From contig NC_057728.1 in the NCBI RefSeq assembly GCF_004010195.1, positions 45,417,419-45,481,418 on the forward strand: DNA of 64,000 nucleotides, written 5' to 3'. The notes under the pieces were generated by a model. The model was not told where the DNA came from and ran no database searches. It saw only the letters and a list, made by a program, of their open reading frames with translations. Source of the stretch: Chiloscyllium plagiosum (taxonomy: Eukaryota). Shown piece by piece: positions 11,292 through 23,436 of this stretch. The stretch's first letter is position 1, and each line of letters begins with the position of its first letter. The position numbers were made by a program, and so were the translations under genes.

Positions 11292-12737
11292 CCTTTGTAA
11301 AATCTCTCCCAAACTCATATCTGTCATCCCATTTTTTGTTTTATTTTCTGCACATGATTTAAATTATTTTTGGCTTCCAGCTTTATATTTCCTTCGTTCA
11401 GACTAGGTGTTGGTTGGTAAGGATTCTTCAGGTTGAAAGTGAAAAACTGAATCATTCAAATATTTTGCATAACCTCAGATGTTGGATTAGGACATGACTC
11501 ACCACAAAAGACAGCAAAGGCTGAAAGGGTGACATTTAAAATTTGATATTTAACAAAAAAATTCCTCAACTCTTCAAAACACAGAGGAGTGAGATTTTAA
11601 GTTTACTAGTTAAATTTCAAGACCAGAGGACTTTACTGGCTGTAATTAACAATTATCGTGATTAAAAGAATTCTTACAGTACTAATTCCTAGTCTTAAAT
11701 ATCTGTCCATGGCTTAATTTGTCTCAAATCCATAAAATCATCAACTTCAATATAAGGCACGGAAATGATGCTTTTGCAAAGTGAATGAAGGAATTCCACA
11801 ACTTGGATAATCATTTTTGGATATTTGAATTTATAATATTTAATAATAAATCAACCCTTCCTCTGAAATTTCTAAACTATACTTACACAATAATAATGGG
11901 AAAGACCATAAACCTCATTGTTTTTTGACAGGAATTCTACCGGATAGGAGCCACAACAGTTAAAGAAAGATATACTGTTGATAGCTATGAGTCAACTTAA
12001 ATCATGCTAGCTGCTGTGTATATTTTGACAGTACGTTTTCTCATTTCCTGTAATAACATTGACAATAGGAGAACTTATTTTTTAATGCATCATCTTTAAT
12101 AAATATAACTCATCTCTGTGCTTGTATATCATGGAATTGAATCTTAATGTCTATTGATACATCAGAATCTAATTTCCAATGAATTTTGGCATTAAAATAG
12201 GGTACAGAAACTTGCATTTATTTGTTTTAATTCAAAATTTACTCACAGATCTTACAATCAAACTATATCATGATTAATACATAAGTACAATAATTATCTC
12301 TACTGAATTGAAAATAGGTTTGTTAAATAGTTAAGTATGACTCAGACATCCTCAAAAGGTAGAATCTTTTTGAGATATTTAAAAGTAAAATGCTGGTATT
12401 TAGTTATCAAGTCACAAATGGGAAGTAATGAAACTAATGGTACATGTTGCAGAACGTCATCTGATGAAGTATCACTTCCCTCAACCATCATTCATTCAAG
12501 AATTTGGACTGTGAGCTATTAAGTTGTACTCTTGGGCATGCACTATTAGCTTACATTGCTGTCAATATAGCACATATGGTGAAATAACCTTAGAGTAGCA
12601 ATTACTACAAGAGTTGAAATATAATAGCTGAAATTCCACAGATTTGAAAACTCCAGCTTCCACTTTTTAGAATTTATCAATTTCAGCAATTTCCTGATAT
12701 TTTACAATTTCTTTCGGGACTGGCTGAAACATCAGCA

Positions 12738-12863
12738 AGGAGAAAGTGAGGACTGCAGATGCTGGAGATCAGAGCTTAAAAATGTGTTGCTGGAAAAGCG
12801 CAGCAGGTCAGGCAAAAAGGTGGGGGAGGGGAAATGAGAAAGCTGGAGAAATCTGCATTCATC
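12738..12863 (-). mobile_element. Internally deleted Penelope copy, family A
   Basis: 3' tail joined directly to the ORF-end segment (minus strand MNADFSSFLISPPP, cf. INVDFNSFPIFPPP at ~19000). TSD gaaacatcagca at 12726-12737 and 12864-12875. Confidence 0.8.
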
Positions 12864-13334
12864 GAAACATCAGCAGAACAACATCGCACACAGTAACACA
12901 TAGAACAACATTAACTTCTTGAACCATTCTGGAGGAAGGCTTCTCTAACTTCAGCATTTTGTTGATATAAGCCACATAGTACTTCTTCATAAAGAAAAAG
13001 ATCATGGGATACAATTATAAAATGGATTGTGGTTGGGATAATACCTCACAGTCAATTAAAAACATTCTAATGTTAATAGGTGAGATCAACAGTGCAAGTG
13101 CAAAGTTGTTTCTGAGAATTTTGCTGAAAGCTGTGATTGTAATCTCTGAAATCATTAATTGATGGATTCAGTTAATTTGATTGTAATATTTTGTGAAGAT
13201 GACTCCTAGTTTTTCAAGTGTTTCTGCCATATAAAAGAGTATTCCCACCTCTGTTTTGTGATGAATGGGGTACTTCAAGACATGTTAAGGAGGGTTAATT
13301 ATTCTTAGCATAAGATGACTTTGGAAAAGGAGAA

Positions 13335-13650
13335 GGACTTGCATTTATACAATTACTTACTTGATCACTGTATAACACTAACCACTTCCCAGCCAATTAG
13401 CTTCATTTAAAGTGTAGTGATTATCATAATGTAGAAAATGTTAACATTCTGCACATTGCTAGATCCCACAAACAGAAATGTGAAGATAACTAGATCATTA
13501 CTTTATTATTTTGACTGAGAGGTAAATATTGGCGAGGACACCAAGGAAAATATTGCCTGTTCTTCTTTGAAGAAGTGACTTGGGACCATTTGCATCGCCT
13601 AAGGGTAGAAGAGGTCTTGGTTTTGCATCATATTTGAAAGCCAACTTTCC
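13335..13650 (-). mobile_element. Old Deu-domain SINE (SacSINE1/AmnSINE-like)
   Basis: acttgcatttata...gatcccacaaacag...aaatattggcgaggacacc...ttctttgaagaagtgacttgggacc, the reverse complement of the recalled Deu domain. Confidence 0.6.
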
Positions 13651-13778
13651 CTTGCTCTTAAAGTGAAGCTAACTGTTAAAGAGCGTACTGACTTGGTAGC
13701 AAGGACTTGACAATCTTTACAAGGCCTCCCCCACCTCCTCTATTAGTATATAAAGATTTCCATGTTAAAGTTCGAGAA

Positions 13779-14087
13779 TTAGATTACCTACAGTATGGAA
13801 ATAGGTCATTTGGCTCAACAAATCCACACTGACCCTCTGAAGAGTAATCCACCCAGACTCATTCCCCTACCCTATATTTATCCCTGACTAATGTACCTAA
13901 CACTATGGGCAATTTAGCATGACCAATTCACCTGACCTGCACATCTTTGTGATTGTGGGAGGAAACCCATGCAAGACACGAGAAGAATGTACAAACTCCA
14001 CACAGATAGTCGCCTGAGGTGGGAATCAGAACCGGGTCCCTGTTGCTGCGAGGCAGCAGTGATAACCACTGAGCCATCGTGCCGCCC
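13779..14087 (-). mobile_element. HE1-type SINE
   Basis: Reverse complement of the 7150 element (aaccactgagccatcgtgccgccc head). Confidence 0.9.
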
Positions 14088-15175
14088 TGTTGTCTGTGGA
14101 CACCCGGAAAATGCTCTCATTATGCATGTGCACTACTCCCTCCAGTAAAATTATCTCAACTCATTCACTCACATTTATGGTGCTTATTTGGGCGCCACCA
14201 TGTTTTTATTTACTGGCAGAGTGTTTCACAAAGTGAGCATGTGCAGAATTTCTATATGAGCAATGTGTGTCAGGAGACACAGCATCAAATTTCTATCAAA
14301 TTGTTTTGTTCGAAAATCAAGAATCAACGAAGCAAGACCATTAAAAGATTCAATGTTTTTGTTTTCCTTGCTTTCAACAGACATGTTGTGAATATTTATG
14401 AGCCTCTGCTATATTATGCCAGCAGGCTAGGAGTTGCAAATTGTTGTTAGCGCAATCTCTTCAACAACAGAAAAGACATAAAGGAGATAATTACTGCTTT
14501 TAGCATGACATGTTGAGGAGAGAATGCCAAGAGTTTCACAACAGCCACAGCATTGGATTTGCTTCCCCCTTCTCCCAGAATCTGTTTCTAATTATCTAAC
14601 AAACTCTGTGCCTCAACTGCTCTACGTAGAATATCATCAAGTCCTTAATATGAACGGTTGGGCAATCTCATCAATAATTGACTTCCTAATGCCTTCCACG
14701 TTTCAGAGTTAGACAATTTATTCATGACAGAGATCCTGCCAACACTACCATGGGGCTGTGAAACTGACTATCATTTGGCCTATTACATTAAACATCTTAC
14801 ACAAAATCTTGTGGGTTTTGTTTTAGTTTTAAAAGTATGTTTAATTCTGGTTCACTTTAATTTGTTATTTTCTAACTTTATTTGCATATAATGTCAGTTT
14901 AGCAGTGTTTAGTAACTGGAAATGAAGTATTTTATCTGCAATCAAAGAAAATAAAGAACAGTGAATACAGTTATAAATTCTCATTTAAAGTGAAAAGTTA
15001 TTTTGGTCCCTAATAACCAATTAGGTCACTTTCATGTTGGCGTTTGTTTTAGATTTGATTATGGGAGACTAGTGCCTGGGAATAAGCTTCAGTTGCCTTT
15101 GTTGTCAGTGAGGATCATTATCCTGCTTTCTCATGGGGTCTATGGTTCTACCGCTAGAATGGGAGAGAAAATTAA

Positions 15176-15456
15176 GCACGGTGGCTCAATGGTTAGAACT
15201 GCTGCCTCTCAGCGCCAGAGACCTGGGTTCGATTACAGCCTCAGGCGACTGACTGTGTGGAGTTTGCACATTCTCCCCGTGTCCGCATGGGTTTCCTCCC
15301 ACAGTCCAAAGATGTGCAGGTTAGGTGAATTGGTCATGCTAAATTGCCCATAAAGTTAGGTGCATTAGTTAGGGGGAATGGGTCTGGATGGGTTACTCTT
15401 CGGAGGGTCTAGCTGGGCCAAAGGGCCTGTTTCCACACTGTAGGGATCTAATCTAA
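15176..15456 (+). mobile_element. HE1-type SINE
   Basis: gcacggtggctcaatggttag...gggcctgtttccacactgtagggatctaatct, flanked by aaaattaagca on both sides. Confidence 0.9.
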
Positions 15457-15549
15457 AAATTAAGCAGTGTAAAGTTGAATTGTGAATGTCATTCTTCCAT
15501 TATACAAACTAAACTAGTGTCAATGTATAAGTGTTTTGCCCTGCCTTAA

Positions 15550-16020
15550 ATGAACTTGCAATTACATCGGGCCTTTCTCAACCTCAGGATTTCTGAAGCA
15601 CTTTATAACCAAGAAATACTTTTGAGGTGCATTCATTATTGTGAGAAATATGGCAACTATTTATTGAACTGTAAGCTTCAACAAACAACAAGGTAATCAA
15701 GGCCAGATTGTTTGATTTTGCAACATGATTGAGTGTCACTGGATCACCAGGAAAAGTACCTCTGCTGTATGTCCCTTTGTGAACCATGTTTAATAGTACT
15801 CTTTTTCAAAACACGAGCAGAAGGTCTTTTATATTCATTTGACAAGGCCTTGGTTTAACAGCTCATCCAAAAGATACCACCAGTACCTCTGACAACACAG
15901 TACTCCCTCAGTCCTGAACTGGGAGTAATAGCTTTGATTTTTGTGCACAAGTACTGGAGTGAGACTTGAACCCTCAATGTTATAAGTCAGAGACAACACT
16001 GCTATCCCACCATGACTGAC
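15550..16020 (-). mobile_element. Old Deu-domain SINE, near full length
   Basis: Minus strand has a tRNA-like head (gggttcaagtctcactccag) followed by ctgagggagtactgtgttgtcagagg...tttggatgagctgttaaaccaaggcc. Confidence 0.65.
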
Positions 16021-16627
16021 TCTTCAAACAAATTGTGAGCTACAAATTTTCTATGTATGATAAATTGTTTTGTAAATTTGCTTTTGGCTGTAACTTAAAA
16101 TGGGCAATAGTAAATCTACAGCCCATTTGTACTCTCAGATTTTCTACAATCTCCCCATTTCCTTTTGCCCTTTTGCTATTACTGCCCAAAGTTATCTTCC
16201 TATGTGCCTGTAAAGCACATAATTTCAACCCGGGAGCTATGAATTCATCAGATTTTTATATTTACTCATTTACATTTTTTTTTGCTCTTGGACTGTGGTT
16301 CTGAAAATATTTTCTTGGATATTGAAGTTGTTTTCATTGGTGAGCTGACACTGACTTTTTAAAAAAAATTTAAGGTAGAAAACTCTGTGATTTTGTCCAT
16401 ATTCACAGGGTTTCCTTGGCTTGCTTCAGCATGTTCAAGGGATCTACCACATAAGAAAGTATAAAAAAGTGCCCATTTGCAAAGTTTTCAGAAGATTTCC
16501 CTGATTTAATGTCCCACCAAATGAATGAGCTCCATTTCTGCTATGCAGCGTATCTCAACATTAATCAGCAATCTGCCAATTTCTGTAATATAGGAAATTA
16601 GAACTGCAATCTCTTATTTCTTTGCAG

Positions 16628-16756
16628 GTTTGGTTTCAAAATAGAAGAGCGAAATGGAGAAAGAGGGAACGCTATGGACAATTACAACAAGCTCGAAACC
16701 ACTTTGCAACCTCCTATGATGTCTCTCTTTTACCCCGGACGGAGCCTTATTCACAG
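16628..16756 (+). CDS. ALX1: ALX1 coding exon 3 (homeodomain recognition helix)
   Basis: Acceptor ctcttatttctttgcag|, 129 nt, [43 protein letters not shown] (Q50), donor |GTTGGT. Absent from the ORF track; read directly from the sequence. Confidence 0.97.
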
Positions 16757-17059
16757 GTTGGTAGAGAATGCAACAGTGCATCGTGTTACACTGTAAATTG
16801 ACAAATAGTCTACCCATATTTAAAACAGGATCATAAATAAATCCTTTCAATAGCTTTAATGGTATTTTAAAGTATAGTGTTTGTTTTAGGCATATGTATT
16901 TACTTGATTTGGTTATGAAGCTCCCTTCTGGAGAGATAAAATACAAAAATAGAATACCAGCTACTGCTGAACTTCAATGGGTTTTGGATTACTTTCGTGG
17001 ATGCAGATAATAACATAATATCAGTCCAATCTGCATAGTTCCACACACACTGTGAACTT

Positions 17060-19318
17060 GACCGTTTCTTCTGCCGGCTCCACCTCTGTGCCCACATTTT
17101 CAACCAAGACACCCAACCACCCAGCGAGGACCCCTTCTCCTACCTCCAAAACACCCCATCCACCTGAACACCCTGTGCTGGCCTGTTACCCACCCTTGAC
17201 CTCTTCATTTCAAACCACCGCTGTAACATCGCTGTAGCCTCAACCTGTCCAGCTGCCCCCTCACCCACTTCAACCTCCCACCCTCACAAAATGCAGCCCT
17301 CCACTCCTTCCATTCCATCCCCAACCTCACCATCAAACCCGCAGTCAAGGGGTACAGTAGTAGTGTGGCGCACCAACATCTACACTGTTGCAGCCAGGCG
17401 CCAACTTGCAGACACCTCCTCCTACTGCCCTCTTGATCATAACCTCACCTCCCATCACCAAACCATTACCTCCCAGACCATCCACAACCTCATCTCCTCT
17501 GGGCATCACCCATCCACAGCCTCTAAACTCATTGTCCGTGAACCCCCCCGATTCTATCTCCTTCCTAAGATTCACAAACTTGACTGCCCTGGTCAACCCA
17601 TTGTCTCAGCCTGCGCCTGTCCCACCCGAACTCATCTCTTCCTACCTCAACACCGTCCTGTTCCCCCTTAGTCCAGTAACTCCCCACCTACATTTGTGAC
17701 ACTATCCATGCCCTTCACCTCCTCCAAGATTCTCCACCAATACCTCACTTTCACCATGAACATCCAGTCCCTATGGACATCGATCTGCCACGACGAAAGT
17801 CTCCAAGCCCTCTGTTTCTTCCTGTCACGCCATCCCAACCAGTACCCTTCCAGCAACACCCTCATCTGCCTCGCTGAACTGGTCCTCACCCTCAACAACT
17901 TCTTCTTCCAATACTCCCACTTCCTCCAAACCAAAGGGGTAGCCATGAGCACCTGCATGGGACCCAGCTATGCCTGCCTGTTTGTTGAACATGTGTAACA
18001 GTCCATCTTCCACAGTTACACCGGCACCACCCTCCAGCTGTTCCTCCGCTACATCAATGGCTGTATCAGGGCCGCCTCGTGCTCCCACAAGGAGGTTGAA
18101 CAGTTCATCAACATTACCAACACCTAACCACAGACATATATTACAAGCCCACCGACTCCCACAGCTATCTACACAAGCCACTTCTTCCCACCCTACCTCC
18201 TGTTAAAGTGTCATTCCTTATTCGCAATTCCTCTGCCTCCGCCGCATCTGTTCCCAGGATGACGAATTCCACACCAGAAAGTCCCAGATTGTTTCCTTCT
18301 TCCACGATTGCAAACGCTCTTTCCATGTGGTTGATGATGCCCTCCAGCTCATCTCCTCCACTTCAGGCACCACCACACTTAACCATCACCCCTCCCAAAG
18401 CAACAAGGACAGAACCCCCCGGTCCTCACCTTCCACCCCACCAAACTTCGCATACAACGCATCATCCTCCGCCACGTCCGCCACCTCTGCCACCTCCAAA
18501 CAGACCCCACCACCAAAGGTATATTTCCCTCCCCACCCCTATCAGCATTCTGAAAAGACCATTCCCTCCGCAACTCCCTCATTCGGTCCACACCCACCAC
18601 CAGCCCACACCTCCCTCCTGGCACCTTTCCCTGCCACTGCAGAAAGTGCAAAATCTGCACCCACACTACTCCCCTCACCTCCGTCCAAGGCCCCGAGGGA
18701 TACTTCCACATCCATCAGAAATTTACTTGTACCTCTACCAGTGTCATCTACTACATCAGTTGTGGTCTCCTCTACGTTGGGGAGACAGGACACCTTCTTG
18801 CAGATTGTTCAGAGAATATCTCTGGGACACCCGCATCCATCAACCCCACCACCCCATGGCTGAACACTTGAACTCCTCCTTCCACTCCATCAAGGACATG
18901 CAGGTCCTGGGCCTCCTCCACCACCAAACCACTACCACCCGACACCTGGAGGAGGAACGCCTCATATTCCGCCTTGGGACCTTGCAACCATGCGGGATAA
19001 ATGTGGATTTCAATAGCTTCCCCATTTTCCCTCCCCCAACAGTATTCCAGTTCCAAGCCTCCAACTTGACACTGCCCTCTGACCTATCACCCTCTCCCTC
19101 ACCTTCATCCACCTATCGCTTTCTCAGCTACCTTTCCCCAAAGCCCATCTCCTCCGACTTATCTCTCAGCCCCGACCCACCAGCCTCATTCCTGATGAAG
19201 GGCTTATGCCCAAAACATTGATTCTCCTGCTCCTCGGATGCTGCCTGACCTGCTCTGCTTTTCCAGCAACACACTCTTGACCCTGATCTCCAGCAGCTGC
19301 AGTCGTCACTTTCTGCTT
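17060..19318 (+). mobile_element. Near-full-length, inactivated Penelope-like element (RT + GIY-YIG endonuclease) in ALX1 intron 3
   Basis: Across frames: RFYLLPKIHKLDCPGQPIVS, FTMNIQSLWTSI, LTLNNFFF..FLQTKGVAMSTCMGPSYACLF, LFLRYINGCI (decayed YIDD, 18047-18061), C..CKIC linker, SVIYYISCGLLYVGETG (GIY-YIG), PMAEHLN...EERLIFRLGTLQPCGINVDF. Multiple stops and frameshifts. Confidence 0.92.
19186..19226 (+). ncRNA. Hammerhead ribozyme motif (decayed) at the Penelope 3' end
   Basis: CTGATGA (19192-98) A GGGC-TTAT-GCCC AAAAC ATT. The G of GAAA is mutated to A. Confidence 0.6.
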
Positions 19319-20177
19319 TTAAGTTACATCAGTTCACACATATGAATCAAATCGAATACACTAACAGCATTAACATGACTGAGCATTTGATCTTTGAATA
19401 GTGCATTTATTTTGACTTTGGACACGGACAGTTCAAACAGGGTAAGACTCCATCTCTCGTTTTCAAAAACATTAAAAATATTTAATATCAAGAAAGCTCT
19501 TGTTCATTTGTCATGTGATTAAGTACACCCATCTGAGGATAACAGAATCTTTTGCAATGCCTACAGGGTAAAAATAGATAGCAACGTTTACTACATGGCA
19601 AAGATGTGCATATTGAAACTAACTTGGATTTTTTTATAACGTTCAAGTCATTTACCCTTCAATGCAGTCAAAAAATACCCCACAATTAAGTCCAAAACTT
19701 ACTCAAATCAATAACTTTTCAGGATTACAAGGCGTGTTCTTTTTCTATTCAGGTTTCTCTTCTTTGCTTCCTCATAAATGCTGGCTATTTTTCTAAATCT
19801 TGTGTATCACTTTTGCTGTGTTACAGGACTAGCATGATGAGCTGAATTGTCTCCTCACTAGCAAATTCCATCTCACTAGGCTTTTTTTTGCCCATTCCAT
19901 CAGAAGTCAGCATTATCAGATTTTCAAGATGACAACAAATTCATTCATCTGGAAAGTCAAGGGCAGCAGATATATGGAAACAGCACCACCAGTAAATTCC
20001 CCTTCAAACCACACACCATCCTGAGTTGGAATTATATCACTGTACCTATACAATTGGCAGAAGAAATTGGAGAACCAGAGCTCTCTCAATCATATACAGT
20101 TTTCCCAGGGGATGGGTGAGAGTGGGTGGAAGGAATTGGGGGGAATCAGCTGCTTCAACAGACTAATGGATTTCCCA

Positions 20178-20370
20178 GACGAGGGTGTGGTGCTGGAAAA
20201 GCATGGCAGATCAGGCAGCATCCGAGGAGCAGGACAATCAAGATTTTAGGCGTAAGCCCTTCATCAGGAATATCAATTCTCCTGCTCCTCGGGTGCTGCC
20301 TGATCTGCTGTGCTTTTCCAGCACCACACTCTCGACTCTGATCTCCAGCATCTGCAGTCCTCACTTTCTC
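20178..20370. mobile_element. Fold-back (inverted + direct) family A terminal insertion
   Basis: Minus copy 20180-20270 ending in the hammerhead, then plus copy 20272-20370. Flanked by ctaatggattt (20163-20173 and 20371-20381). Confidence 0.85.
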
Positions 20371-20549
20371 CTAATGGATTTTTCAACCAAGGATAGGTAA
20401 TGAGGGCTGATCTGCTATTGACATTTTTAGGCATTTCAATGGTTGACACTTTTACTGTTTTTTTGAGAAACTCGAAAGCACTGAATGAATGACACATTTT
20501 AAAAAACATTATTTTATATATCCTGTTATCTGGCTATTTTCTTACATGT

Positions 20550-20678
20550 AAAGAAGAGTCATTCTGGGCCTGAAATGTTAACTCCATTCCTCGCTCCGCC
20601 GATATTATCAGATCTACTGAATTTCTTCAGGATTTTCTGTATTTGTTTAAGTTTTCCAGCATCCCCAGTACTTTGCCA
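20550..20678 (+). mobile_element. Short non-autonomous element, family B, decayed
   Basis: aagaagagtca...cctgaaatgttaactc...ttttccagcatccccagtactttg. Confidence 0.55.
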
Positions 20679-20888
20679 TATTTATAATGAAAACACCATA
20701 CCTTTTGTTTCGGGCAGTGAAGTGAGATGCGGCATGAAGGTTCTTCGGGTATGTATGGGGAATACCGTTTGATTTGAAAGTGCTGGCTCTCTGATCTCTG
20801 ATGTCTCACTCAAGTGTATTAAACCCTGAGTCCTTTAAAAGTCTACCTGATTCTCCAACAATTGCAGACGTGTAGCTTAAGACTATTT

Positions 20889-21056
20889 AGAGTCATAGAA
20901 ATGTACAGCATGGAAACAGACCTTTTGGTCCAACTATTCCATGCTGACTGGATATCCTAAATAAACCTATTCCCATTTGCCAGCATTTGGCCCATATCCC
21001 TCTCAACTCATCCTGTTCATATTCCCATCCAGACGCCTTTTAAATGATGTAATTGT
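20889..21056 (-). mobile_element. CR1/HER1 LINE 3' tail
   Basis: agagtcatagaaatgtacagcatggaaacagacc..., same as 34700-34870. Confidence 0.85.
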
Positions 21057-22269
21057 CACTGCATTTGTCTGTCTTCCTCCTTTTTGAAGTGTCATTGTCT
21101 TGATCCTTTTTTCCCCAAAGTTCCTAAACAATGCAGCAGCTTATAAAACAGGAATTTGCGCTCCTCGAACTCAAGAAAATCAGCTTCAATGCTGAAAAGA
21201 GCATCTCTTACAACCACAATTACCCAGAATCCAATTTCTGCAATGGAACTGGCTAAGTCAGGACAGTCGGGTTGGTCTCATATCCAAACCATCCTACACC
21301 CTTAAAAGAATGTGGTGAGAATCAGAGGCCATGGAAGTGTGTTTGGTCATCCCAGAATTTGGATCCTTCTTGCATCTCAAGTCATCCAAACTCATTGAAA
21401 CTCCAGGTCACTTACTTTCCAACTTCTCGATTTTAACTGTAGTTGATATATTTTCTTTCCGGTTAAAAAGAAATTCTGATTCTTTTTGTTTTTCTATGTT
21501 GGTCTTTACTTGCTTTTTTTTCTGTCTGCATTTTCTCTTCAGAATCTTTTATTCTTCTCTGCACCCAGTTCATCATTTTACAGTTTCCATAATGTCTTCT
21601 GTCATTCGCATTGTTTCTCTCTCTCTTTCTCTGCAATTTCTGAAATATTTCTGTCACTCACAGTTCCTCTTTCCACTGATCATACCATCCCTTGAAAGCA
21701 ATACTGGTCTCCCTTTAGCTGCCAAGCAACTGACTGCCTATTATTACCTCAAAATGTTTTTAAAATCTAGAAGTAAAAAAAACTGTGTAGAAGTGATTTT
21801 GACTACTTCATTTATGTCCTTTCAGGGAATCAAACATGTTGTCCTGACCCAGTTTAATCCAATGCTATTGTGTGGCTGACTTTTAACAGCCCGTTGAAGT
21901 AGCTTAGCATACATCATATGCAGACAGGCCAATGAGTGCTGGGCAATAAATACCAGTGCTTGCTAATGGCATCTACATCCCAAGAACATTGTTTATTTTA
22001 AAACTAAAAGAATGGAAGTGGGGATCTTTAGTTCCTCAAACATATCTGTGTTTCCCATGGCAAACAACTTTTGCTTTTCACATTTCAGTCCTTTCATTCT
22101 CTTCATTAATTTTACCCTGTCTGCCGAGATCTTTTACAATGAAGACAAGGAGCACTTCCGCATTCTCTGAGTTCAGGCATTCTCAACTGTGCTGCAATGG
22201 AACAAACACCTGTGCTTAAGCAATGTATATTCACTGACCCAGGCATTCTGGTTGGGTTCAACATGAAGC

Positions 22270-22650
22270 CAGTTCCTTTTGATTCTTGCATGGGATGCGA
22301 CTATTGCTGGCAATGTTGGCATTTGTTGCTCATTCCTAGTTGTCCTCGAACTGCATGGCTCTTTAAGCCATGTCAGAGTGCAATTAGGAGTCAACCACAT
22401 TGGTGCAGTCTGGAGTTAGGTGTAGTTCAGACCAGGTAAAGATGGCAGATTCTCTTCCCTAAAAGACATTCGTGAACCAGGTGGATTTTCACAATGGTTA
22501 TATGATCACTGTTAGACAAATTTTTCAGTCCAGATTTTTATTGAATTTAAATTTCACTATCTACCATGGTGGGATTCAAATTAATGTTCTCAGAACATTA
22601 GTGTAGAGCTTCTATATGACAATTTCAGTGATATTATAACTATGCCACTG
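22270..22650 (-). mobile_element. tRNA-derived SINE (second family, shares tail with the 43335 LINE)
   Basis: Reverse complement of the 57661-58028 element. Confidence 0.75.
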
Positions 22651-23115
22651 CTTTGACATTTTGACCGGCAGTTCTGCTGGCACAATTTCAGGATCTTTAT
22701 TATAAAGAACACTTTAATTTTGGTTTACTGGGAATGTAATAGGAAGATCCTCACATGAGCAGTTAGAACATTAAACAGAAAAAAGCAGATTTTAAATTCT
22801 TATAATTACAACAAAGAATTGACTATATTCAAGAAGTTATTTATAGAAGGTAATAGAAGCATGAGATTTTAAAATTAAACATTTCCTCCATGTACTTTCT
22901 TTATTAAGTATTACCTGGGAAAACAACACAGAATTCTGTGTGATTATTTTTTCCCTCAGTCAATGAGGTAAAAGGATCTGTATTGTAAAAAGTTAAATAA
23001 TAATGCCAAAGAAACAATGTGGTTTGAAATTTTACTGGGTTTCCAGCAACTGCTGAATTATAAGTCTGAATAGAAGATTGATACATTCATGCTCTCATCT
23101 GTTTTCTTTCCTCAG

Positions 23116-23436
23116 TTGCAAAACAATTTGTGGGCAGGCAATAACTCCACTGGCTCAGCAGTTTCGTCCTGTATATTACCACGTGAATCATCCCCCTGTA
23201 TGTCACCTTACCCTCACTCACACAGAAATGGCACTTCCTACATGGGCATATCAAATCACCAAAGCCAGTTCAATCAAGTTGCTCTCAACAACCTATTCAA
23301 TGACTCAGTACTGTCTGGTTCATCTGATGGACATGCCTTCGAACCAAGGCCAGAGTGTGAACGGAGATCATCAAGCATTGCTGTGCTTCGGATGAAAGCC
23401 AAGGAACATACTGCCAACATATCATGGGCCATGTAA
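23116..23436 (+). CDS. ALX1: ALX1 coding exon 4 (C-terminus with OAR/aristaless domain)
   Basis: Acceptor gttttctttcctcag|, LQNNLWAGN...[25 protein letters not shown]. The OAR motif and the ANISWAM ending are diagnostic of ALX1. Exon sum 226+305+129+321=981 nt = 326 aa + stop. Confidence 0.97.
   Translation: MQNNLWAGNNSTGSAVSSCILPRESSPCMSPYPHSHRNGTSYMGISNHQSQFNQVALNNLFNDSVLSGSSDGHAFEPRPECERRSSSIAVLRMKAKEHTANISWAM

Noticed and set aside
18208..19221. 337-aa Pro/His-rich ORF as a novel gene
   Set aside because: Frame-hopping read through the decayed C-rich Penelope element; only its C-terminal part is in the real endonuclease frame.
21331..21879. 182-aa hydrophobic ORF
   Set aside because: Product of T-rich low-complexity intronic sequence with no domain or splice support.
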